Source of the DNA: Octopus bimaculoides
Lineage: Eukaryota
NCBI RefSeq assembly: GCF_001194135.2
Contig: NC_068983.1
Span: forward strand, 21,668,694-21,732,693
DNA length: 64,000 bases
Direction: 5' to 3'
Shown: in pieces, positions 36,401-48,580 of the stretch
Position numbering within the stretch: the first letter of the stretch is position 1
Layout of the letters: each line of letters opens with the position of its first letter
Program-made: the position numbers and the translations under genes
The notes under the pieces: model-generated
What the model was told of the DNA's origin: nothing
Databases searched by the model: none
Seen by the model: the letters and a program-made list of their open reading frames with translations, nothing else

Positions 36401-37649
36401 AAATATATAAATCCGTTCATTTTCTACATACCCTACATAAAAATTGACCTCTTCAGATATTGTTGGTAGAATAATCCAATAAAAATATCAAAGCCTGTGC
36501 TTCAGTATAACAGTATGTAGTAAAAATTATAGTACATCTTAACTTACAATGATAATCATGGCAATGTTGACAGCAAAGCATTTGTAAAAGTTATATAGTT
36601 ATGTGAATTGGATAATTTACGTTATAGGGAAAGTGCCATAAAAATGTATGTACGTACATTCATATTTTTCAATGTCAACTGAATTAATGTGTTGTAGAAA
36701 TGTACACGTAAATTTATTTGTAAAGTCAAAATGTTCTCAGACAGGTAATGGATAGCAACAAAATAGAAAACAAACGTGTTTTAGACAAGTAGAAAATAAT
36801 AGAAAAAAATGATTTCTCTTTCAGCTTAAAGTGCTTCAAGATTAAACATAACTAACTATATTCTGTGAAACTAATCCAAAAGCCAGCAGTTGGTTAAGTA
36901 TTACCGTGAGTGTGAATAAGACAGATTACTAGTGACAACTAAAAGTGAGGGAGTTGGAGACAGACAACAACGTTACTTCTTTTTCAATAGCATCCCACCC
37001 AGAAAACAAAACCTTACAGACTTCCAGTCTCTGGTTGATTCAAATTTCTGAAGCTTAAATGTCATTTGCATAGAGTCGCTACGTCAGCCCCTCTTAGATT
37101 TTGGAAAAGTAGTAATCAATAAGAATAAATACAAACAAAAACAGTGGAAATCGAATGATGAGGTAATAGTACTAACAAGACTAAATTGTACAGATGGTGA
37201 ATATTCCAAAGAATCAACATGAAAAATAACATGTGCATTTAAGCAAGGTGCAAATAGTGTTCTGTCTGATATGTGTACAGAACTGGGAATCTGCAAGTGA
37301 GTCTATTTGTGTGTATGCACATGCATAATACTACTGAGTCTGCAAAATCTGTTTTCATATGAGAAAGACTGTAGAAAGTTAACATAGCATGAGCTTTCGT
37401 GTGAGTGAGTCTGCAGAAAAGGGGACATAATGCAAATATTAGTATTTTGCAAAAATATATATATAAGGTTTGTTTTCGTGCTACTACATGGTCTAAATGA
37501 ATGCTAGTTTAGGGGGATAAGGGAGAACGCTGAGCACTACAAAAAAATCCTGTTACTACTCAGCTGCATTGTGCTTGTATTTGTGTTATTGTGTACTGCG
37601 CAAAACCGATCAAAATTGAATACATAACAAATCCACCCAAGGAGAAAAT

Positions 37650-38257
37650 ATTCTTCTCTACTGTAGGCCCGAAATTTGGGGGGAGGCGGCCAGTCGATTA
37701 GATCGACCCCAGTACACAACTGGTACTTAATCTATTGACCTGAAAGGATGAAAGGCAAAGTCGACCTCGGCGGAATTTGAACTCAGAACGTAAAGACAGA
37801 TGAAATACCGCTAAGCATTTCACCCAATGTGCTAATGTTTCTTATTTCTTTATTGCCCACAAGGGACTAAACATAGAGGGGACAAACAAGGACAGACAAG
37901 TGGGTTAAGTCGATTACATCGACTGCAGTACATAACTGGTACTTAATTTATTGACCCCGAAAGGATGAAAAGTAAAGTCGACCTTGGTGGAATTTGAACT
38001 CAGAACGTAACGGCAGACAAAATACCTATTTCTTTACTGCCCACAAGGGGCTACACACAGAGGGGACAAACAAGGACAGACAAACGGATTAAGTCGATTA
38101 TATCGACCCTAGTGCGTAACTGGTACTTAATTTATCGACTCCGAAAGGATGAAAGGCAAAGTCGACCGCGGCGGAATTTGAACTCAGAACGCAGTGGCAG
38201 ACGAAATACCGCTAAGCATTTAGCTCAACGTGCTAACGTTTCTGCCAGCTCACCACC
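37650..38257 (-). mobile_element. Tandem trimer of SINE family C
   Basis: Three consecutive copies of the aaaggatgaaaggcaaagtcgacc..gaatttgaactcagaacg block at about 37745, 37963 and 38146. Confidence 0.85.
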
Positions 38258-39484
38258 TTCCAAAGAGAAAATATTACAAAGAAATATTGCTGCGTACTGC
38301 ACTAAAAATAATACATGTTTAAAAGCAAATCGAAAAGTTTGAAATAATTTACTTTAATTTAAAAGAAATGGGGAACAACATGTTTCATTGGTAGAAAGAA
38401 TTAACAGAAGATAAAAACTGTCCAAAACATTGTTTACTTAAACCAGGAATTACAGCCGAGATTTTCCTAATTTCAGTGTTTCTCTTTCGAATCTTACAGA
38501 GATGGAGTCCAGTGTAAAAGATGGTACTGCTGCATCACTGCTGAGTTGGAATGTTAAGTAGTTGCAACATTGCAGTTAAAATTTTATTTCTGATATACCA
38601 GAGACAAAATTTGTCACATATAGTATTGTGTAAGAATCTAACTTCAAACTGTAGTAAACGAGTGGTGTTATATCGTTTGAGAAACTAGCTTAAAACGGTG
38701 ATAAACAGCAAATTAGTTTGTTAGCCCACGAGAAAAATATCTTTAAGACGACTGAGCATAGACAAAATTGACGTAGTTAGTGTTGCAGTAACAATGGCTA
38801 CTAGAACACAGATTGAACATTTCGAAGTTGTTGTAAACAATTTTGAAGAATTCAATAAAACATTTTAATAACTTGTAAACAAACGTGCTGATTGATAGCA
38901 CAAAAATATGGAAATTCATGCTATTACATTTCAATCCCACACAAAAAGACAAAAATGTCTGTTCAATTAAATTAACAAAATAGCTGTTTAATCCGGAAAA
39001 AATGTTCACCAACTGTCGAGTGATTTGTATTTATAATATCAGATACCTGACCGCCTGTTCAGTAACTCAGACCGAAATTCCTACAGGTCACCAACTGTAG
39101 GAGTTTAAAGATGCCTACGTTAATATGAAAACTATAACAGATTGTGGACTGAGACCTATTGATATTAAATAGTGTTCACGATTACGGCATCGAAATTGGT
39201 AGATACGGTTTTGATTTTGAATAGCATCAATGCATTTGTAATTGTAATTTTTCCTAGTTAGAGGGGTTGGCCCAACACAAGCCCATTTATATCTCTGACC
39301 AGAGGTGGTCTGTATCTGTATCAGCCTAACCTCTATCCATTCACCTAGCACAGGAAGCCCTGCTAAGCATTTGCATTCTGCTGGCTTAGCTCCCAGAGTC
39401 GTTGAGGCATAGAAGCCTCTACACCTTATGGTGGATGTATTCATATCAGTTTCCCATTATTCTTTACTATACTTTTGTAATCTA

Positions 39485-39611
39485 CAGGGTGTCCACAAGG
39501 TCTGGGTACATGGAGTAAATAAAATCATAACATAAACAATTAAATACAAGAAATAATAATTTCCTAAAGTATGTGTTAATCCCCATGTACCCAGACTTTG
39601 TGGACACCCTG
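39485..39611. mobile_element. Tc1/mariner-type MITE (127 bp) with TA target duplication
   Basis: ta|cagggtgtccacaaggtctgggtacatgg ... ccatgtacccagactttgtggacaccctg|ta. Confidence 0.9.
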
Positions 39612-39619
39612 TACAGAAC

Positions 39620-39850
39620 ATCTTCCTACCATCTTGTATCCGTGGTTAATATAGTTTATCGACATTTTGTGATGCATCCTAAATACATTTACTACTTTTC
39701 TTCTATTTACTGTTGCTAATTCACTTAACTTCCAGTTGAGAATATTACGACTGTAACTAATTACAGGAACATCTAAAGTATTAATACCTATTATCATATC
39801 TTTGGCATTCGGTTCAGTTTTGAGCAATAATCTAATACATGCATAATTTT
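39620..39850 (-). mobile_element. R4/Dong-clade ORF fragment (post-RT region)
   Basis: LKTEPNAKDMIIGINTLDVPVISYSRNILNWKLSELATVNRRK..FRMHHK resembles the LxSxLNxxNKIxAINTxAVPVxxYS.GIxxW..ELxxLDRKTRK..MHHP motif. Confidence 0.7.
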
Positions 39851-41939
39851 ATTTCCATAGTTGACTGTCATCTATTGTTCTTTGTTTAGTTCAGTACCTT
39901 TTAAAGTATGTGTAATTCTATCTGTGTTTGAATTCTTATATCCTTGTTTATATATCTAACATGATATTATTAGTGTTTATTAATTTTTCATCATTCTAAG
40001 GTTGTGCAGGTGCATTTTTCCCAACCAAACTTCCTGTAAATTGTGTAACAGACACAGTACAAGACAAAAGAATACAGTGTGAAATTATTTACTTAGAAAA
40101 TAATCTTTACACGCGTTTCAGAGACAATTATGTAATGACAACGTAAAACGAATTTTACATAAATTTTCTCTGCAAGTCATTCTGTCATAAGCATTATTAA
40201 AATTGAGGAACTGCGTATATTGATATAATTTTCCACAAGTTTGGAAAGGAAGTAATCTGAGTTTAGTTTAAAGGATCTACAAATAAACTATTTGCATTAA
40301 GTAGAATGTCAGGTTAAATTATCAAATTTTCTACTTATCTTCCTATATCTATAAACATGTCCACAGCCTGATTGTGCAAAAGAATAAAAGAATACTCATG
40401 CGCGCGCGCACACACACACACATGTACATCATACACACACATACAAACATACACTATCACATACAAATAGTTCCAAATTTGTATGAAATATGTATGATAT
40501 ACAGGGTGCGGTGAATAAACTGTCATCTAAATTACACATGCAAGACGCAACGAAAATTTTTGGAAAATAAAAATAAGGAATAAGTGGAAATTGTACCAGT
40601 GAGTGTGTTAAATTATAAGGCACAAAAAGAAAATGACTCTCCCCAGACACAACAGAAACTGAAAGAAGCCCGTCGTATATGTGTATGTCCCCCCAACATC
40701 GCTTGTCAACCGATGATAGTGTGTTTATGTCCCCCGTAACCTAGCGGTTTGGCAAAAGTGTCTGATAGAATAAGTACTAGGCCTACAAAGAATAAGTCCT
40801 GGGGTCGATTTGCTCGACTAAAGGTGGTGCTCTAGCATGGCCACAGTCAGATGACTGAAACAAGTAAAAGAGTAAAAGAGATACATTTAAAAACATAAAA
40901 TTATGCAATTAGCATTGAAAAACCCCTCAGATTTGAGAATACGCATCTCCCTCCTTCTCACCAGTCTTAAGGGCCATTTGTAAAGGGTATTGAACCACAG
41001 ACCGTTTTCCTTTGACTATCAACAATGGCAAAAATTATAAGATTTATATTAAAAAGGAAACAACATAATACAATTTACTGATAAGAAAATTCTGACAGAA
41101 ATTTTTATTTTATTCACAATAAAAGAAAAATATTGAATAATTATTTATTTATTTATCAGCAGGTTGTAGTTGTGATTATTGCCACTGCTTGTTATTGTTT
41201 GTCAACGTTTCTTTTTCATTATTGCTGTTCTTATTGCAGTGTTTGAAGAAGACTATGTTATTTGCTCTTAGACAATTTTTTTTAAAGTTAAATTACATTT
41301 CCTTCCTCTTTTCTATATTTCTAGTACACAATCTTTATTATCAGGAACTATTCTTTGGTTTCATTTAATTAGCATATAAAGTCAAACAAGGCTACACTAG
41401 AATACTATATAACATCTGCAGTCAGTATTTAAATTGAGGCTATTGCATCTGCCAGCATATAAGACACAACTTTTACCTTTAAAAAATACATCAAAATTTT
41501 ACCCAGCATCAACATGTCTCCTCCACTCTTCAAACCACATTAAAAAAATCCCTTTTATTAAACTTTTTCTTTTCTCCTCCTTCACAATATACCCATGTAC
41601 CTTAAGATGAATCATATGTAATGTAATGTTTAGATAGTACTGTATATGGTATATCAGCTTTTATGGTTTATTAAATTGAATATTTAGTGAATTGTAATAT
41701 CACAAATCTCACCCCTATGACTCTATAGGTTACAAATATTTCAGTTGTACATATATACATTTAATCATACATACAATTATTCACATATGTAAACACACAC
41801 AGACATATGGACAGGTTTCTTATATAAATATATATATATGTATAGTAATAATATTAGGGAATAAAAAATTTATTCCAACCTTACAGGCAAAAATCGGTAT
41901 AGTATTATACCAGGTTTCCTAATATATGATATATATGTA

Positions 41940-43616
41940 TATAACTAATTTAGAGACGAACCGCCACTCTACAACTCAGAACCCGTCCAAATCCATGCTG
42001 TAAGGCATATACCATCTTAATATATCTAAGATTTTAATCTAAAAATTTAAAATAAATAACATATTACATAAATAAATCATATAAATAAATCCTAGAAATA
42101 TTAATTAAAAAATTTTTTTAAGTCAAATTTATAAATTGGACAGTAAAAATTAATACGATAATATACAGTATGGAAGTATAAATGTGAAAGGTTAGTGCTA
42201 GTACATAGATTACCTGCGTTTCATGGCTGAAATAGGACTACATAAAATCATAAGCAAATTCTATCCGAGTTCATTAGAACGGGGAAATGATTTTACACCC
42301 AAAATCAGTCACTCTTCAGGTCAAATACCTAAAATCATTTAAAGAATAAACATAAACATGAGAAACAAAAATATATATAATGAGAAAAAATCTGTAAACT
42401 AATCCCTACATTAACGGTATTAATATAATTATTAAGAGTTACAATCTAAAAATATTATACTATTATAGTAAACAAGTTAAAACATTATGAAATAAGTAGA
42501 TAATAGTAAAAGAAATGTGTTAGTGTACAAAGTTACTAAAAGACGGATGTCAATATTGTTTATAAAATTAAAATAAGAAAACATGACTTATCTGCCGGCT
42601 GGTTACTGTAGATTAAACCAAAAATGGCCGTGCTATAGAATTTATAGTAAGAGGTCACGTGGTAAATATGGAGTCTATTACCCATGCGTATTATAATTAC
42701 TAAAATAATAACGAAAATATCAAAAAAGAAAATCTACCTAAAATAAAAAGTTTCCTGAGGATTAAAAATACTAAAATACTTAAACTTGCAAATTAACGCA
42801 GACTAATAACTAAACACATACAAAAATTCTATATTACGTAAATAATGCTATGAAGATCAATACTGAAAAGTCACGTGATAAACATGGTGTCCATTATCAG
42901 AAGTAAATACGTGTTATAATTACTAAAATAATAACGAAAATATCGAAAAAGAAAATCTACCTAAAATAAAGAGTTTATTGAAGATTAATAATACTAAAAT
43001 ACTTAAAACTCTCAGATTTACGCAGAATAATAACTATACCAACTACGAAAGTTATATATTACTTAAATAATGTTATGAAACATTGTAGAAGACTTCTCAT
43101 ATTATCGTTGAATAATAGTATTATATTGTGATGATTAAAGTGTATTCTGAAGCCAATTTGATGTATTTTACGCTACTGATCATAACTATAAGTTGGTACC
43201 TAATACTAGGTTTAAATAAATAAATAAATAAATAGATTAGTTATCTAAACTTATTACATAAGTAATTAATTTATGTCTGCATTTAATATTACGTTGATCG
43301 TAGGAGCTTATCAACTTTTTATTAGCTAATAATATCTCTTTAAATTCGTTAGTACACAATAAGCAGAATTTATTCCCTATCATGTACGTTTACATAATAG
43401 GCAGAATTTATTCCCTATCCTATTGTTTACTATAATATTATAATATTTTTAGATTGTAACTCTTAATAATTATATTAATACCGTTAATGTAGGGATTAGT
43501 TTACAGATTTTGTCTCTTTATATATATTTTTATTTCTGATGTTTATGTTTATTCCTTGAATGATTTTAGGTATTTTCTGAGTTGTAGAGTGGTGGTTCGT
43601 CTCTAAATTAGTTATA
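41940..43616. mobile_element. About 1.7-kb AT-rich fold-back element with bipartite inverted ends and an internal 216-bp direct duplication (possibly Penelope-related)
   Basis: Outer inverted repeat 41940-41981/43575-43616, inner inverted repeat 42323-42475/43423-43575, direct repeat 42654-42869/42870-43080. Confidence 0.7.
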
Positions 43617-44606
43617 TATATATATATATATATNNNNNNNNNNNNNNNNNNNNNNNNNNNNNNNNNNNNNNNNNNNNNNNNNNNNNNNNNNNNNNNNNNN
43701 NNNNNNNNNNNNNNNNNNNNNNNNNNNNNNNNNNNNNNNNNNNNNNNNNNNNNNNNNNNNNNNNNNNNNNNNNNNNNNNNNNNNNNNNNNNNNNNNNNNN
43801 NNNNNNNNNNNNNNNNNNNNNNNNNNNNNNNNNNNNNNNNNNNNNNNNNNNNNNNNNNNNNNNNNNNNNNNNNNNNNNNNNNNNNNNNNNNNNNNNNNNN
43901 NNNNNNNNNNNNNNNNNNNNNNNNNNNNNNNNNNNNNNNNNNNNNNNNNNNNNNNNNNNNNNNNNNNNNNNNNNNNNNNNNNNNNNNNNNNNNNNNNNNN
44001 NNNNNNNNNNNNNNNNNNNNNNNNNNNNNNNNNNNNNNNNNNNNNNNNNNNNNNNNNNNNNNNNNNNNNNNNNNNNNNNNNNNNNNNNNNNNNNNNNNNN
44101 NNNNNNNNNNNNNNNNNNNNNNNNNNNNNNNNNNNNNNNNNNNNNNNNNNNNNNNNNNNNNNNNNNNNNNNNNNNNNNNNNNNNNNNNNNNNNNNNNNNN
44201 NNNNNNNNNNNNNNNNNNNNNNNNNNNNNNNNNNNNNNNNNNNNNNNNNNNNNNNNNNNNNNNNNNNNNNNNNNNNNNNNNNNNNNNNNNNNNNNNNNNN
44301 NNNNNNNNNNNNNNNNNNNNNNNNNNNNNNNNNNNNNNNNNNNNNNNNNNNNNNNNNNNNNNNNNNNNNNNNNNNNNNNNNNNNNNNNNNNNNNNNNNNN
44401 NNNNNNNNNNNNNNNNNNNNNNNNNNNNNNNNNNNNNNNNNNNNNNNNNNNNNNNNNNNNNNNNNNNNNNNNNNNNNNNNNNNNNNNNNNNNNNNNNNNN
44501 NNNNNNNNNNNNNNNNNNNNNNNNNNNNNNNNNNNNNNNNNNNNNNNNNNNNNNNNNNNNNNNNNNNNNNNNNNNNNNNNNNNNNNNNNNNNNNNNNNNN
44601 NNNNNN

Positions 44607-44651
<45 letters not shown>

Positions 44652-46124
44652 ATATATATATATATGTATATATGTGTGTGAGTGTGCACACGTGAGTGTG
44701 TGAGTGTGTGTGTGTGTGGGTACACGTGAGTGTGAGCGTGTGTGCACACGCGAGTGTGTGTGTGTGGGGGCACACGTGAGTGTGCGCGTGTGTGCACACG
44801 CGAATGTGTGTGTGTGTATGTATGTATGCATCTAGGTATTTATGTATGTATATATAAAGTGTAGCTAAGTGGCTAAGAAGCTTGCTTCCCAACAATATAG
44901 TTTCAATTTTAGTTCCAGTGCATGGCACCTTGAGCAAGTGTCTTTTACAAAAGCTCAAGGCTGACCAAAGTCTTAGGAGAGAATTTGCTAGGACAGAAAC
45001 TGGAAAAAATCTATTGTGTATATATACATATGTATGTGTGTATGTGTGTGCTTATGTGTACCCTGGTCTTGACATTATTTAATGATTATAAAAAAAGCAT
45101 TACTGTCATCCAAGTGAAGTTCATTTGAAGTCTTCCATAAAGAACATGCCTGACCAAATGTGAAAGATGGTCTGGCCAAAGGTGAAGGATGATGAGAGGA
45201 AGGGTATTAACCCATGCAAGCATGGAAAAGTGAATGTTAAAATAATGATGACGGTGATAACGCTATGTGTGTAAGTGCATGTGTATGTCTGTAATCTATA
45301 CACTCATACACATATGCATTTATGTTCATATACATGTTATTCACATCATAATAAAAGCATTGAAGAAAGAGAGAACATGACTAAAAGCATCATTTTCTTC
45401 TCTCCTTCTGTGACTATTAATACTACCTAATGGAAGAACTTTTACTTAATCCCTCGACTCACTTAATACAGCAGCCACACCTTGAGCAAGACACTCATTA
45501 GCACCTTCAACGCGAGAATGCCATAACACCATATCTTCAAAGCTAAATCTTAGAGGAGACATCATGGTGTTACCTACTTAATAATGGAAGGACAAGATTA
45601 GAAATACTGAGCATGCTTTGTTTATTTGTTCAACTCTACGTCTAAAGTCTTTGGAGAGTGGTTGTTCCATATGGTCATTCAATTTTGCTAGAAATAACAG
45701 CCAGTGAGATTTTCTTTGACCCTTTATCACTTAGATTATTCTGTCAAGTGTAATAATCAAATTTAATTAATCATGCTTTATCTCATAGTTTTTAGATTTT
45801 AATGATGTGACTGTATATCTTTAAAATGATATTGTTGGGTAGGTGAGAGAGGCCAGATCTGGCCAATTTGAACATCTAATGAGTAGAATACTTTGGTTAG
45901 ATACAGCTGGTATAAATGCTAAAGGGTTAACCCACACATCGTAAAGACCCCTTTCAGTCATGAATAGCCATGAGATTGCACCTAGAAAGTTCCCCTCCAA
46001 GATATAAGTCCAGGGAAGGTTGTTTATGGAAGACCAGCAGTCACCCATGCATACCAGCCTCTCTTTTCCATGCCACCGATAATATTCAAGGGAAAGGCAA
46101 ATGTCAAATGTGTGTGTGTGTGTA

Positions 46125-46700
46125 TACCCGTCAGAGTGTAAGTATCTTGAGAGAAAAGCTGAACATTAGAAGCATCAGTTGTGGTGTGCAAGAGAGACGA
46201 TTGCGCTGGTATGGACATGTGGTGAGAATGGATGAGGATAGCTGCATGAAAAAGTGCCACACCCTAACAGTTGAGGGAACCCGTGGAAGAGGTAGGCCCA
46301 GGAAGACCTGGGCTGAGGTGGTGAGGCAAGACCTTCGTACATTGGGCCTCACCGAGGCGATGACTACGGACCGAGACCTTTGGAAATGGGCTGTGCGTGA
46401 GAAGACCCGGCAAGCCAAGTAAGATCGTTNNNNNNNNNNNNNNNNNNNNNNNNNNNNNNNNNNNNNNNNNNNNNNNNNACCATTTCGAGCGTGGCCATTT
46501 TCGTGCGGGTGACACGTAAAAACACCCACTACACTCTCTGAGTGGTTGGCGTTAGGAAGGGCATCCAGCTGTAGAAACTCTGCCAAATTAGACTGGAGCC
46601 TGGTGTTGCCATCCGGTTTCACCAGTCCTCAGTCAAATCGTCCAACCCATGCTAGCATGGAAAGCGGACGTTAAACGATGATGATGATGATGATGATGAT

Positions 46701-46703
<3 letters not shown>
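46125..46703 (+). mobile_element. RTE LINE 3' end, well preserved (ORF end at 46422, UTR, (GAT)n)
   Basis: QSVSILREKLNIRSISCGVQERRLRWYGHVVRMDEDSCMKKCHTLTVEGTRGRGRPRKTWAEVVRQDLRTLGLTEAMTTDRDLWKWAVREKTRQAK*. Confidence 0.9.
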
Positions 46704-46737
<34 letters not shown>

Positions 46738-47034
46738 GTATATATATACGCACGTATATATATATATGTATTCCATGTAAAATATATGCATTAACCTTAT
46801 TTTTTTGTTTATGTACCATTCTACTAATATACATATATGTATATATATACACAATTTAATTAGAGGATATGTTAACCTTGTGAAGGGATGGTTGCATCCA
46901 AGGAAATACTGGTTCAATACCTGGTATTGTTGGGGAATGAAATTCCCTTAAAACAATAAGTATATATTAAGCATACAGTTTATATCCAGTTAAAAAAAAA
47001 AAACAGAAAAGAAAATGGAGATAAGGAAGTTAAC

Positions 47035-47291
47035 AATTATTTATTATTAACAAATTGGTCATCTTTGCTTCTTACAGTCGTTTCAATTAATACTCAATAA
47101 TTTAATTACAAGTTTGTACATTAAATTTACATTTATGTGACATGAGCATAATTTCATCAGAGAAAAAAAAAACATCATGATCTTGTCACATAAATGTAAA
47201 TTTAATGTACAAACTTGTAATTAAATTGCTGAGTATTAATTGAAATGGCTGTAAGAAGCGAAGACGACCAATTTCTTATTAATAAATAATT
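47035..47291. repeat. 108-bp inverted repeat (inner hairpin of a nested fold-back at 46775-47712)
   Basis: Arms 47035-47142 and 47184-47291; outer 57-bp arms at 46775-46831 and 47658-47712. Confidence 0.9.
47068..47164 (-). ncRNA. Type I hammerhead ribozyme candidate
   Basis: Minus strand: UUCU-CUGAUGA-AAUUAUGCUCA..(long loop)..UGAGUAUUAAUU-GAAA-CGACU-GUA-AGAAG; helix I UUCU/AGAA, about 11-bp helix II, near-palindromic helix III, GUA triplet. Confidence 0.6.
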
Positions 47292-48210
47292 NNNNNNNNN
47301 NNNNNNNNNNNNNNNNNNNNNNNNNNNNNNNNNNNNNNNNNNNNNNNNNNNNNNNNNNNNNNNNNNNNNNNNNNNNNNNNNNNNNNNNNNNNNNNNNNNN
47401 NNNNNNNNNNNNNNNNNNNNNNNNNNNNNNNNNNNNNNNNNNNNNNNNNNNNNNNNNNNNNNNNNNNNNNNNNNNNNNNNNNNNNNNNNNNNNNNNNNNN
47501 NNNNNNNNNNNNNNNNNNNNNNNNNNNNNNNNNNNNNNNNNNNNNNNNNNNNNNNNNNNNNNNNNNNNNNNNNNNNNNNNNNNNNNNNNNNNNNNNNNNN
47601 NNNNNNNNNNNNNNNNNNNNNNNNNNNNNNNNNNNNNNNNNNNNNTATATATATATATATATTAGTAGAATGTTACATAAACACATGTAAGGTTAATGCA
47701 TATATTTTACATAGCATACAAATGCATACATTAAGCTTACATGTCTCTCAGCCATTTTTCTTTCATACCTGCACAATGAGGATCATTCACTGAGGTGCCA
47801 GCGGCACCAGCCCAGGATGAAGGAATTGCATTTTAAGTTCTCATCCTATCTGAGCACTATTCTATGTTATCTTTACCATGCTTACTTTCCTTTTTCCCCA
47901 CTACACACATACACAGATACTGTGTGTGTGTGCGTGCATGTGTTTGTGTGTGTGTGTAATACATATATAGATACAGAAGGACAGGGACAGATAGGGGACA
48001 AGAGATGCAGTGGAGATGGGTGTGAGAAACAGATGAGTGTTTGTTTAAATTGCTCAGATCAAGCTGACACATGACAGAAGGCAACCCTACCATTTCCATC
48101 TGTTTCAATATTCAAAGAGTTGGACAATACAACTGGACATTTCGAACATTACACCTGGACATTTAAGATTGCATTCTGTAATAAGCTCTTCCATTTCTGT
48201 TGATCTAGAG

Positions 48211-48580
48211 CAGTGGTTCTCAACCAGGGTCCATATGGCCCTTAGGGGCCCATATGACTCTTGGGGGTTCATATGGTCTTTGGGGGTTCATATGGTCTTT
48301 GGGGGTTCATATGGCTCTTAGGGGTCCATCTGGCCCCAGGAGGTCCACACGATACTTGGGGGTCCACATAAGATTTTGTTGTTAAAGTCTATGTGCAATA
48401 AATTGGTTATACTTCTACAAAACACAAAATATTTTAACAATTTTTTTAATACAATTCCTAATTATATTTAATTATAAAAATATAATAGGAATTTTTTAAA
48501 CACTGAATGACTATGCGGGTCTATCTGAGTGAAACAGGGTTCAAAGGTATCCATAGGTTAAAAATGGTTGACAAACACTG
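48211..48580. mobile_element. hAT (Charlie-like) MITE with an internal 18-bp tandem repeat
   Basis: cagtggttctcaacc ... ggttgacaaacactg; flanks atctagag / atcaaaag (decayed 8-bp TSD, NTCTAGAN-like). Confidence 0.8.

Noticed and set aside
36825-38560. Several strong-looking + strand splice sites (e.g. 81-nt segment 36825-36905; acceptor near 38500)
   Set aside because: All three frames of the best candidate contain stops and no consistent chain could be built; a lncRNA is possible but unsupported without RNA data.
41940-43616. Very AT-rich segment as a mitochondrial control-region NUMT
   Set aside because: No adjacent mitochondrial tRNA, rRNA or ORF fragments; the inverted-end structure fits a mobile element better, although a BLAST is needed to exclude it fully.
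47770-48200. Possible minus-strand exons (donor gcag|gtatga near 47768; aaatgtccag duplicated)
   Set aside because: No stop-free frame between a convincing acceptor and donor that fits the phase-1 end of the 60995 exon.
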